The notes beneath the pieces were generated by a model. The model searched no databases and was not told the DNA's origin. It saw nothing but the letters and a program-made list of their open reading frames with translations. From contig JAWCFL010000015.1 in assembly GCA_038858525.1 (NCBI GenBank), positions 15,623-47,622 of the forward strand: a stretch of 32,000 bases of DNA, given 5' to 3'. Source of the stretch: Candidatus Jordarchaeales archaeon. GTDB taxonomy: Archaea > Asgardarchaeota > Jordiarchaeia > Jordiarchaeales > Freyrarchaeaceae. The position numbers and the translations under genes are program-made. Below are positions 18,757 to 27,329 of the stretch, piece after piece. The stretch's first letter is position 1. Every line of letters starts with the position of its first letter.

Positions 18757-19413
18757 CTACTCCTGCCGGCTAGAGTACCATAGAACCGCGTGAGTGTTTG
18801 GGGCGAGGAATATCTCGGCCGGGCTGACACCAAAGTCGGTTAGGGGCGACCAGAATGGGGCGTCATCCACGTCTGGCCCGCACGGTATACCGGCTATTGT
18901 GACGGATGCTTTATACGCCGCCCAGACTATCTCGCTACAGTAGTAGCTGTCTCCATATATTCTCTTCTGAAAGCAGTTCCAGTTGCACGGCTTCCCCACT
19001 TGGTTGAGCGCGAAGAGCGCTGCCGCGAGCCTAACGTTGATGGGAGCGTCGACTCTCAGCACACAGAACTCCTCACACTCCAGTATGTACCACAGGGGGC
19101 TACACACTACTCCCCTCACAGTTCCCTCCACAATTATTCCCCAGCCGACGTATATCATGGCGTGAGTCCAGTAGGGCGAGTAGCGTGCACCCACTAGGAC
19201 ATCTTCAACCCCACTTCCCCTCGACAGTATTATGTCCCCGGGCTGGACTACCTCTTTGAGGTGGTGCTCGGCAGAGTCCCTGTCCGACACGTGCTCACAA
19301 ACAATGAAGGCGATTTCTGTGAGCTGCGCCGGGAAAAGGTTGCAGAAGTTGACTACTAATGACAATGTGACTATTAAAAGTGTGATTAACAGAGCAATAG
19401 CCCGCCGCCTCAT
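18757..19413 (-). CDS. Secreted or membrane-anchored permuted NlpC/P60 (YiiX/YebB-like) cysteine hydrolase
   Basis: MRRR plus a hydrophobic N-terminus, PGDIILSRG, YWTHAMIYVG (His), GKPCNW, YYCSEIVWAAY (Cys after His = permuted). GAGGT ribosome-binding site before ATG 19413. Confidence 0.82.
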   Translation of the reverse strand: MRRRAIALLITLLIVTLSLVVNFCNLFPAQLTEIAFIVCEHVSDRDSAEHHLKEVVQPGDIILSRGSGVEDVLVGARYSPYWTHAMIYVGWGIIVEGTVRGVVCSPLWYILECEEFCVLRVDAPINVRLAAALFALNQVGKPCNWNCFQKRIYGDSYYCSEIVWAAYKASVTIAGIPCGPDVDDAPFWSPLTDFGVSPAEIFLAPNTHAVLWYSSRQE

Positions 19414-19434
19414 AGAAACCTCAACCTCCTCATT

Positions 19435-19472
19435 AAGCTTGTAACTTAGGAGCAAGCTTGTAACTTGGGAGC
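19435..19472. repeat. 19-bp tandem duplication with one mismatch, upstream of the NlpC/P60 gene
   Basis: AAGCTTGTAACTTAGGAGC followed by AAGCTTGTAACTTGGGAGC. Confidence 0.85.
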
Positions 19473-19676
19473 ATATTTCGTTAACGCATGATGCAACTTC
19501 GCATACACTAATAGAGAGAAACGATCTGAGGATTTCAGGAGCAGAAAAGGGAACGCTTTAAGGCGAAAACATCGGAGGGAGTTTCCGGAGTTCTGGAGGT
19601 GAAAGTAGTTTTATGAGGGGGGTTGAGGTTAGGAAGATTTATACGTTTATACGTATACACGTATTTTGGTGGTTTC

Positions 19677-19961
19677 ATGGCTGAGAAGGTTAAGGTTACT
19701 CTTTTACTGAGCGGGGAACTTGTTAGGAGGGTGAAAAGTAGGCTGGCTCTAGATGGCAAGAGTCTGAGTGGGGTCGTTGAGGAGTTGCTGAGTGTTTATG
19801 ATGGGCTCAGGTTTCTCGACGAGCTTTGTGAGGAGTTGGGGCTGGAAAGCAGGTTTTATACTGGCTTGGAGGTTAAAGCTGATAGGCCTAAGGGGCTTAG
19901 GGCAGAAGACGTTACACGGGAGGTTAGAGATGAAAGAGAGGAGCGTTTACTTGGACACTAG
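19677..19961 (+). CDS. Ribbon-helix-helix-type antitoxin
   Basis: MAEKVKVTLLLSGELVRRVKSRLALDGKSLSGVVEELL; overlaps the PIN gene. Confidence 0.8.
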   Translation: MAEKVKVTLLLSGELVRRVKSRLALDGKSLSGVVEELLSVYDGLRFLDELCEELGLESRFYTGLEVKADRPKGLRAEDVTREVRDEREERLLGH

Positions 19962-20382
19962 TGCCATAGTTAAAAGGTACGTGGTAGAGGAGGGAAGTAG
20001 TAGAGTTGATGAGTTTTACGATGAGGCACACGCAGGTAGAGCTACTTTGGGCTTCTCTATATGGAATATAGGCGAGGTGGCGGTGGTCCTAGACAAGTAC
20101 GAGAGGAGGGATGTTTTGAGTGATGCCAAGCAGGTTTTCGCCAGGTTTGTCGGGGAGACACGCCTCCTAGCGAAACTTAACCAGTTAAAGCTTGTCCCGC
20201 TAAACTCCGCCGTAATCTTTGCGGCTACGAAGTACGTGTTTAAGCATGGAATATATGTGGCTGACGCCATCCAGCTAGCGTCCGCCAGAGAGTTTAACCT
20301 ATTCCTCACCTACGACAAGAAGCTATCCAGAATAGCGAAGGATGAGAAACTTAAGCTAGCAATCAACGAAGAAGCATCATAA
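19930..20382 (+). CDS. vapC: VapC/PIN-domain toxin
   Basis: VYLDTSAIVKRYVVEEGS, WNIGEV, ADAIQLASA, FLTYDKKL. Start ATG at 19930. Confidence 0.9.
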   Translation: MKERSVYLDTSAIVKRYVVEEGSSRVDEFYDEAHAGRATLGFSIWNIGEVAVVLDKYERRDVLSDAKQVFARFVGETRLLAKLNQLKLVPLNSAVIFAATKYVFKHGIYVADAIQLASAREFNLFLTYDKKLSRIAKDEKLKLAINEEAS

Positions 20383-20755
20383 AGAGTCTAACAGAAGCGT
20401 TTATCCCTCGGAAAATCAACAGCTACTGGTATTCAGAGACCTCAGATGGAACCCGTTAAAAAGCAACAAAAAACACTGAAAGGTTATCAGCAATCAAGTA
20501 ACTAATAGATCTAACGATTTTTACACCAAGATATAGTTTTGTGAAAAGTTGATTTGGAAACTGAAATAAGAGCCTTTATAGTTTATTTTTACTTAACACT
20601 ACTGTTGTTGTTCTCGTGAGGAAACGCCTCCTGAAAAGTATAGTTTCATTCATTTTGAATGATGACCATTTATTGCGTGCTGGCATTGATTCTGCCTGCG
20701 TGTCTCCACGATGCACTTGAACATAACTTTTAATTACCTTCACTTTTTGGTTGTT

Positions 20756-21508
20756 CTATTTCTTCTTTTTAACGTATTTTTTGAGAGCGGTGAAGGCGCA
20801 TTTCCGCACCCATTCATTTTTGTCGCCTATGAGGTCTTTGAGCTTCACTATAACTTCTGGGGCGGTGAGTCCTCTTTCAGCATACTTTGCAAGTGCAAGG
20901 GCTGCTAGCCCGCACACTTCTTTGTCTTCGTCGTCTAGTAGTTTGATGAGCTTCTCGAGCGCACTGCGGTCAGTCTCCTTTTTGACGGCGTACACAGCGA
21001 TGGCTATAGTTGCGTAGCCACGCGTCAAGCTCTTCTCGTCATCTAGAAGCTCGACAAGTTTCTTGAGGGCTTTTGGCTCCGTCAGCCCCTTATCAGCATA
21101 CTTCGCAAGAGCATATGCAGCGTAGCCACGCGTCAAGCCACTTTCGTCACCCAACAGCTCGACAAGTTTCTTGAGGGCTTTTGGCTCCGTCAGCCCCTTA
21201 TCAGCATACTTCGCAAGAGCATATGCAGCGTAGCCACGAACAATTCCGTTCCTGTCTCCCAGTAGTTCAACGAGCCTTTTCGGCACATTTGGGTCGGTTA
21301 CTCCTCGCATAGCATATTTTGCGAGCGCATAAGCCGCGTAGCCACGTACCTCCTCATCCCTATCGTCTAGCAGTTCGACAAGTTTCCTCATGGACTCCGG
21401 GATCATGAATCCTCTCTCAACGTACTCCACGAGCCTCTCCGCCACATCCTTCCTCACACGAGGCTCCTCTTCAAATGCCCCCTCCAAGCCACTTTCAAAC
21501 TCAAACAC
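20756..21508 (-). CDS. HEAT-repeat protein with 36-aa units
   Basis: About six repeats of L..LL.D....VRGYAAYALAKYA; two units are nearly identical. Confidence 0.88.
   Translation of the reverse strand: MFEFESGLEGAFEEEPRVRKDVAERLVEYVERGFMIPESMRKLVELLDDRDEEVRGYAAYALAKYAMRGVTDPNVPKRLVELLGDRNGIVRGYAAYALAKYADKGLTEPKALKKLVELLGDESGLTRGYAAYALAKYADKGLTEPKALKKLVELLDDEKSLTRGYATIAIAVYAVKKETDRSALEKLIKLLDDEDKEVCGLAALALAKYAERGLTAPEVIVKLKDLIGDKNEWVRKCAFTALKKYVKKKK
21048..21238. repeat. Intragenic 108-bp-period tandem duplication with an 83-bp perfectly identical core
   Basis: 21048-21130 is identical to 21156-21238 (AGCTCGACAAGTTTCTTGAGGGC...GCGTAGCCACG). Confidence 0.92.
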
Positions 21509-21581
21509 GCCTATCCCCCACCTATCCAGAAAAAATAGGTGATTGACGAAATTTATTTTTTATGTGATGAAAAAAGGAACT

Positions 21582-22848
21582 TTAAGACGCGGGAAGCCTT
21601 TTTTTGAATTGACGAAAGCAGAAACTTGACCCACCGGTTTTTAAATGAACTAAACCCGGGTTTAGCCGTTGGGTTCTGTAGCGTGACCTTTTCTCCCCTA
21701 GAGCCTTGGACAGGACCTCTCTTATTAGGGAGGATATCCTCTCCTCAACGACTTTGAATGCTTGCTCCTCCGTGGCGCTCATTCTGTCTAGCGTGGCAGC
21801 GATCACGCCTCCAGAGTTGGTGACGAAGTCCGGCAAGACGACCACACCCCTCCTCATCAGGGCTTCATCAGCCTCATCTGTTACCGGGATATTTGCGCCG
21901 GGGGCTATCAGCCTCGCCTGGATTTCGTTCGCGTTTCCCTCGTTGATAACGTAGGGTCTGGCTCCTGGCACAAGGATGTCAACTGGAAGTAGCTTAGCAC
22001 TTTAACTAGACTTCCGTCAGATTTGTAGGGTCTGGCTCCTGGCACAAGGATGTCAACTGGAAGGGCGAAGAGCTCCTCCCTCCTCATGTGCTCCCCTTTC
22101 TCGTATTCTAGGACAACCTTGTCCCCCAGCTTCTTCCTCATCTCGAGCATTTTCTCGACCTCCAAGCCGTCAGGGTTGTACACGGCGCCTTCAACCGTGG
22201 ATATCGCGACAACCTTCGCCCCAAATCGGGCCATGTAACGTGCCACTCCTCCCCCAACCTTGCCAAACCCCTCAATGGCCACCGTCGCCCTGTTCATGCT
22301 CATGCCGATAAGCTCGCACGCCGTTCTAGCAGCGACAACCACTCCGTAGCCTGTCAGGTGGTCTTCAAGCGGCATACCTTCTTTCTCCCTGAGCGTCAGC
22401 CCACTAGGAGCTAACTCCTTCACTCCCGCAAACTCATATATCCTCGCAACATCCCTGTCGGAGGTCCCCATGTCGGCGCCGGGAACATACATCAACTGCC
22501 TGAGGAAGGGTGCGATATGGCGCCCGTAGGCAGCGATTATCCCGTCCCTATCAGGGAAGATGGGTCAGCGAATATCCCAGACTTGGCGCCTCCAACAGGC
22601 ATGTCGAGAACGGCGAACTTGTACGTCATAACCCTAGCCAATTGGATAATCTCCTCAGTAGTTATGTCCGGGAGCATCCTGATGCCGCCGGCGGCAACGC
22701 CAAAAGTAGTAGTATCAATAACGATGACAGCACGCATACCGGAAGCGGGATCATACATCTGAGTAACATACTCGGGACCAATGTCATCCTTTAACCTGTC
22801 AATAACATCTGCAGACAAAATCACACCTCCCCTCCCAAAGATGAGCAA
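21582..22848 (-). pseudogene. Glu/Leu/Phe/Val dehydrogenase-family pseudogene in three fragments
   Basis: AGGIRM, GGAKSGI, then a frameshift near 22555 (restored frame PDRDGIIAAYGRHIAPFL), GADMGT, TGYGV, IEGFGKVG, a 74-nt insertion, PGANIP, PDFVTNSGGVI. The C-terminus appears truncated. Confidence 0.88.
21951..22063. repeat. Perfect 39-bp direct repeat flanking a unique 35-bp insert inside the dehydrogenase
   Basis: GTAGGGTCTGGCTCCTGGCACAAGGATGTCAACTGGAAG at 21951-21989 and 22025-22063; the insert spans 21990-22024. Confidence 0.95.
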
Positions 22849-23038
22849 TCAAAAACTATTGCCAGCACTCAAAAATATGTTTTTCTAAAAACCATGATGA
22901 AAGATTATGTTTCTCTATTGGTTTCGGGGGATGTTCCCTACGATGCAAAGTTGGAAGTAGCAGAAACCTTTACCTTTGAGCGGTTCCATCAAAAGTTTAT
23001 ATAATTATTTCGGGTTTAGCGGGAAGGGGGATTCACGT

Positions 23039-23255
23039 GTGAAGATGTGACTGGCAACCTTCAACGACTATCTTGAGCACGTTAATAGAGCATTGAAGAC
23101 GCGAAACTTGCGTCGACGAGCATCATGATTTTGAGGTTTTCAACTGAAGATTTCAGCCTTGAAACCACCACAACGAGAAACCTTCCAAATAGGGGTGAGC
23201 GCATAAGAGGGGGAATTACAGCGAGAACAGGGCTCCGCAAGTGCCAGTAAAGTTA
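23039..23255 (+). pseudogene. Decayed 5' copy of the DNA methyltransferase at 27330
   Basis: GTGAAGATGTGACTGGCAACCTTCAACGACTATCTTGAG aligns with the 27330 start. The 20-mer TTCAGCCTTGAAACCACCAC is identical at 23152-23171 and 27459-27478, followed by a degenerate P.RG...H.G.Y..N..PQV. Confidence 0.75.
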
Positions 23256-23501
23256 TACCTCAAGTACCGGCGATAATCCCTTCCATGTGTGCAGTGGTGC
23301 TTTTTTGATTTCGTGTTTTAACGATGAATTTTTGAAATATCCTCTCTGCGGAAGTGTAGCGGAGAGCGAGTATGTTGTTGTGAAAGAAAGGAGAATGAAT
23401 GTTTCCTGAATGGTGGCTGTTTGGTGACTGCAACAGTCAGCAGTTAGAAAAACATTATAGGTTGCTCTGGGGAATACTAAATGGTTTTGGAGGGGAGTGT
23501 G

Positions 23502-24569
23502 ATGAAGACCGTTGTGGCTTTGGGAGGCGACGGGATTGGTCCTGAGGTTGTGGACGCTGCCTGCTATGTGCTGGAGAACATGGGGGTGGATTTGGAGATA
23601 GTTAAGCCTCCATGCGGAGAGAAGGCGCTTAAAGAGTATGGCACCCCGTTCCCAAAGGAAACGATGGAGCTAACCAACTCTGCCGACGCTGTTCTGTTTG
23701 GAGCAAGTGGGGAGGCGAGCGTCATCATTCTAGCTTACTTAAGGTGGTTTTTCGACACTTATGCAAACGTTAGACCAGTAAAGTATTACGAGGGAGTTTT
23801 AACCTCGATAAAGAACCCTGAAGGAGTGGACTTCGTTATAATTAGAGAGAACACTGAGGACTTCTACCCTGGGAGGGAGGGAGACATATCCCTCTTAGCG
23901 GAGAGAATGCCCGATTACAAGGATATTCTGGGTAGAAGGTTCGCTGATTACGGGGAGGGAAAGTTCGCCGTTGGGCTGTACACCGTTAAGGGGTGTAGGA
24001 GAATAGCTGAGTTCGCATGCAAGGAGGCATTGAAGAGGAAGAGGAAGGGGTTCCCGGGAAAGGTGACCTGCGTGACGAAGTCCAATGTTCTCAGGGAGAC
24101 TGGGGGTCTGTTCCAAAGGATGGTGGAGGAAGAAGTTAGAAGGCACCCCGAGCTAACATACGAACACTTCTACGTGGACGACATGGCTAGGAGGATAGTC
24201 AGGTTCCCAAGAGAGATGGACGTGATCGTCACCACCAACATGTTCGGGGACATACTATCTGACCTGGCAGCGGAGCTCATGGGGGGATTAGGAATGGCGC
24301 CGAGCGCCTGCATAGGAGATAAGCACGCCTACTTCGAACCAGTTCACGGCTCAGCTCCTGACATAACTGGTAAAGGCATCGCAAACCCCACAGCCACTAT
24401 TCTCTCATGCGTCATGATGCTTGAATACCTCGGCATGGAGAAGGACGCTGGGAAGCTTGAGAAGGCTGTCGCGGAAGTCTATAGGAAAGGAGAAACCCTA
24501 ACCCCAGACATGGGCGGGACAGCGAAAACCATGGAAGTGGCGGAGGCCATCTTAAGAGAGTTAATGTAG
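23502..24569 (+). CDS. leuB: Isocitrate/isopropylmalate (beta-decarboxylating) dehydrogenase family, LeuB/AksF-like
   Basis: GDGIGPEV, YANVRP, IIRENTEDFY, KSNVL, NMFGDILSD, EPVHGSAPDI. GGAGG ribosome-binding site before 23502. The symbol is family-level; aksF or another paralog cannot be excluded. Confidence 0.85.
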   Translation: MKTVVALGGDGIGPEVVDAACYVLENMGVDLEIVKPPCGEKALKEYGTPFPKETMELTNSADAVLFGASGEASVIILAYLRWFFDTYANVRPVKYYEGVLTSIKNPEGVDFVIIRENTEDFYPGREGDISLLAERMPDYKDILGRRFADYGEGKFAVGLYTVKGCRRIAEFACKEALKRKRKGFPGKVTCVTKSNVLRETGGLFQRMVEEEVRRHPELTYEHFYVDDMARRIVRFPREMDVIVTTNMFGDILSDLAAELMGGLGMAPSACIGDKHAYFEPVHGSAPDITGKGIANPTATILSCVMMLEYLGMEKDAGKLEKAVAEVYRKGETLTPDMGGTAKTMEVAEAILRELM

Positions 24570-24581
24570 GTGGGCGGGAGC

Positions 24582-25832
24582 ATGGGAATGACTATGGCGG
24601 AGAAAATCCTAGCTAGGGCGTCAGGCAGAGAGGTTGTCTCTCCAGGAGAGTACGTTACTGCAAGCATAGACTGCGCCATGGTCCACGAGGGATTGGCGGC
24701 CGTCTACACGACCCTGCTCGGAGCGGGGATAGACAGCGTCTGGAACCCCGACAAGATAGTTGCAGTGCTGGACCACGCTGTTCCAGCCCCGAATGAAAGG
24801 TATGCAGGCATCCACAAGCTGGTTAGGGACGCCGTTAAGAAGCTTGGAATAAGAAACTATTACGGGGAGAGAGCCGGCATCTGTCACCAAGTGATGGTTG
24901 AAAGAGGGCACGTCGCACCGGGAATGCTCATCGTCGGCACCGACTCCCACTCGACAACCTATGGCGCCTTGGGTGCTGCCGGGACGGGTATAGGGTTCAC
25001 CGAGATGGCTTACGTGTTCGCTACTGGAAGGCTCTGGTTCAGGGTGCCTGAGACCATAAAGTTTGATCTTGAAGGGGAGCTGCCATACATGGTTTCAGCG
25101 AAAGACGTCATTCTCTACCTTATAGGCAAATACTCGTCTGAAGCCGCCCAGTACAAGTCCGTCGAGTTCGTGGGAAGCATGGCTAAGGAGATGAGCGTCG
25201 ACGGAAGAATGACCATGTGCAACATGGCTATGGAGATGGGGGCTAAGTTCGCCTTCTTCGAGCCAGACGAGAAAACCATGAGGTACCTCGAAGGAAGTGT
25301 TAAAGACGTTGAAGCCTTAAAAGCGGACGATGACGCCAAGTACGAGGAGGTTTACATGGAGGACTTGTCGGGCTTAGAACCACAGGTGGCTGCACCATTC
25401 ACAGTGGACAACGTTCACCCCGTCTCAAAATTTGAAGGAAAAAGGATCGACCAAGCGGTTATAGGTTCCTGCACGAACGGTAGGCTCGAAGACCTACGCG
25501 TAGCCGCCGAGATCCTAAACGGAAGGGAAGTCCACCCGGACGTCAGGCTTCTAGTGATCCCCGCATCATGGAAAACATATAGGGAAGCGATGGAGGAGGG
25601 AATCCTGGCCACGCTTATAGGTGCAGGAGCGATCATATGTAACCCTGGTTGTGGGCCGTGCTTCGGAGCCCATATGGGTCTCCTCGCATCGGGAGAGACT
25701 TGCATAGCATCGATAAACAGGAACTTCAGGGGGAGGATGGGGAGCTATGACGCAGAGGTTTACCTTGCATCCCCGGCAACCGTTGCGGCGTCATGCGTTG
25801 AGGGGAAGATAGCTGACCCGAGAAGGTACTAG
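24582..25832 (+). CDS. leuC: 3-isopropylmalate dehydratase/homoaconitase-family large subunit
   Basis: TMAEKILARASG, DH, GICHQV, GTDSHSTTYGALGA, IGSCTNGRLEDL, NPGCGPCFG, NRNFRGRMG, YLASPATVAAS. hacA or dmdA cannot be excluded. Confidence 0.9.
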   Translation: MGMTMAEKILARASGREVVSPGEYVTASIDCAMVHEGLAAVYTTLLGAGIDSVWNPDKIVAVLDHAVPAPNERYAGIHKLVRDAVKKLGIRNYYGERAGICHQVMVERGHVAPGMLIVGTDSHSTTYGALGAAGTGIGFTEMAYVFATGRLWFRVPETIKFDLEGELPYMVSAKDVILYLIGKYSSEAAQYKSVEFVGSMAKEMSVDGRMTMCNMAMEMGAKFAFFEPDEKTMRYLEGSVKDVEALKADDDAKYEEVYMEDLSGLEPQVAAPFTVDNVHPVSKFEGKRIDQAVIGSCTNGRLEDLRVAAEILNGREVHPDVRLLVIPASWKTYREAMEEGILATLIGAGAIICNPGCGPCFGAHMGLLASGETCIASINRNFRGRMGSYDAEVYLASPATVAASCVEGKIADPRRY

Positions 25833-25843
25833 GTGGTGTAAGG

Positions 25844-26371
25844 TTGAAGATTAAGGGTACGGTCTGGAAGTTTGGAGACAACATCGACACAGACCTGATA
25901 ACCCCCGGAAAGTACATGGACTTGCCATTAGAAGAATTGAAGAAGCACGTTTTAGAGGTGGTCAATCCCGAGTTCGCGGCCAAGGTTAAGGCGGGCGACG
26001 TGATAATTGCGGGAGCAAACTTCGGCTGTGGGTCAAGCAGGGAGACCGCGCCCCAAGCCATTAAGGCTCTCGGAGTGGGAGCTGTCGTAGCGGAGTCCTT
26101 CGCGAGGATATTCTTCAGGAACGCCGTCGCCATAGGGCTACCGGTGATCTCATGCTCAAAAGTAGCTGAGGCGTTCGACAACGGAGACGAAGCGGAAGTG
26201 GACATCGAGAAGGCGGAAATTAGAAACATTACAAAAGGCATCACTCTAAAGGCAACCCCCCTCTCAGAAGACATCAAAAACGTGATTCTTAAAGGAGGAA
26301 TAATCCCTCTCCTTAAAGAGCTCGCGGAGGAGCGGAGACGAAAAAGCCAGCAGGGAAGAATTAAACAGTAA
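25844..26371 (+). CDS. leuD: 3-isopropylmalate dehydratase/homoaconitase-family small subunit
   Basis: GTVWKFGDNIDTDLITPGKY, AGANFGCGSSRETAP, SFARIFFRNA. hacB cannot be excluded. Confidence 0.9.
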   Translation: MKIKGTVWKFGDNIDTDLITPGKYMDLPLEELKKHVLEVVNPEFAAKVKAGDVIIAGANFGCGSSRETAPQAIKALGVGAVVAESFARIFFRNAVAIGLPVISCSKVAEAFDNGDEAEVDIEKAEIRNITKGITLKATPLSEDIKNVILKGGIIPLLKELAEERRRKSQQGRIKQ

Positions 26372-27329
26372 CAACACCCTGTCCGAGAAAGGCGGCCGGC
26401 GGCTTCCCGCATGAATGCCCTGGAAAGGCTACATAAGGGATGCGGAGATGTTGTGTTTACAGCTCTCCCAGTAGGTAGCGTTGTATTAAACCCAGTTACT
26501 CAGGGATGTTCTGCTTATTAGTGTTCAGCGAGCCTTCAAGTGTTCATGCATCTAGTTTTGACGGAGAAGCTCGAGTCTCTCCTGTAAAAAAAATAGAAAC
26601 ACTTAACTTAAATCGTGAGAGGGAAGAGAACGATAAACATTCCTCTCACTTATTTCAACTGATGGTCAACGCTGCTAATGAATTAACATAATAATGATTA
26701 AAATGGCTGCGGTTTCTGGAAATTGAGTGTTCCTCCCATTTGTAAGACCCCCCTCGCAAGGGAGAAGTCGCAAGGAAAATGGATGGCTGTTTAAATTCCT
26801 GAAGCCACTTGAAAGATTTCTGATGAGCCTTTGAGGGAGAAAGCAACTCATCGGGTAACAGTTGGTATTATGGGAGGGCTACCCTCTCAATTGAAGGCAA
26901 GCCGTAAGGATGTGAAAATGAGGTGACTCATAAAGGCGGGGAGGTTTATTTCCAATCCCGGCATTAATGTGTTTTTCGAATAGACGCAGTTTAAACGTGC
27001 CATTTTACAGCGTGGAACGGAATCGTCATAAAGTGGAACAGAAAGCTCACTGCAAGGACGGAAAACAGCGATGGCCGTGATTTTGGTTAAGTGTTCTTCC
27101 ACTTGTATTCCGGCAGCCTCTCTTTAACATTCGGGCGTTCTTCGCTCCGCATCCAGACCCCGTCATTGGGCTCTTCTTTTTTCTTTATGATCCCCCTGTT
27201 TTTGACCTTTTGATGAGTCAGTATTGTTTGCTCCAGCGTGATCCCTTTTAATCGGTTAATTCGACTTTTGTCGTTGTTAAGGTTTATAACTTTCACCGTT
27301 TAGGCTTCAGTGGGGAAGGAGGTTGTCGT

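Noticed and set aside
20383-20465. Integron attC-like site after vapC (GTCTAAC right after the stop), suggesting a cassette array
   Set aside because: The matching GTTRRRY end and internal L-box complementarity are not convincing, other genes lack such sites, and there is no integron integrase in the window.
21951-22063. Calling the 39-35-39 structure a functional CRISPR array
   Set aside because: Only two repeats, the repeat is dehydrogenase coding sequence, and there is no leader or cas gene in the window. Kept only as a possible ectopic integration scar.
26400-27300. Short ORFs (26506, 26655, 26887, 27087) and small hairpins such as CCCTCGCAAGGG
   Set aside because: No recognisable family or RNA fold. 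Possibly a decayed minus-strand gene, but unsupported.
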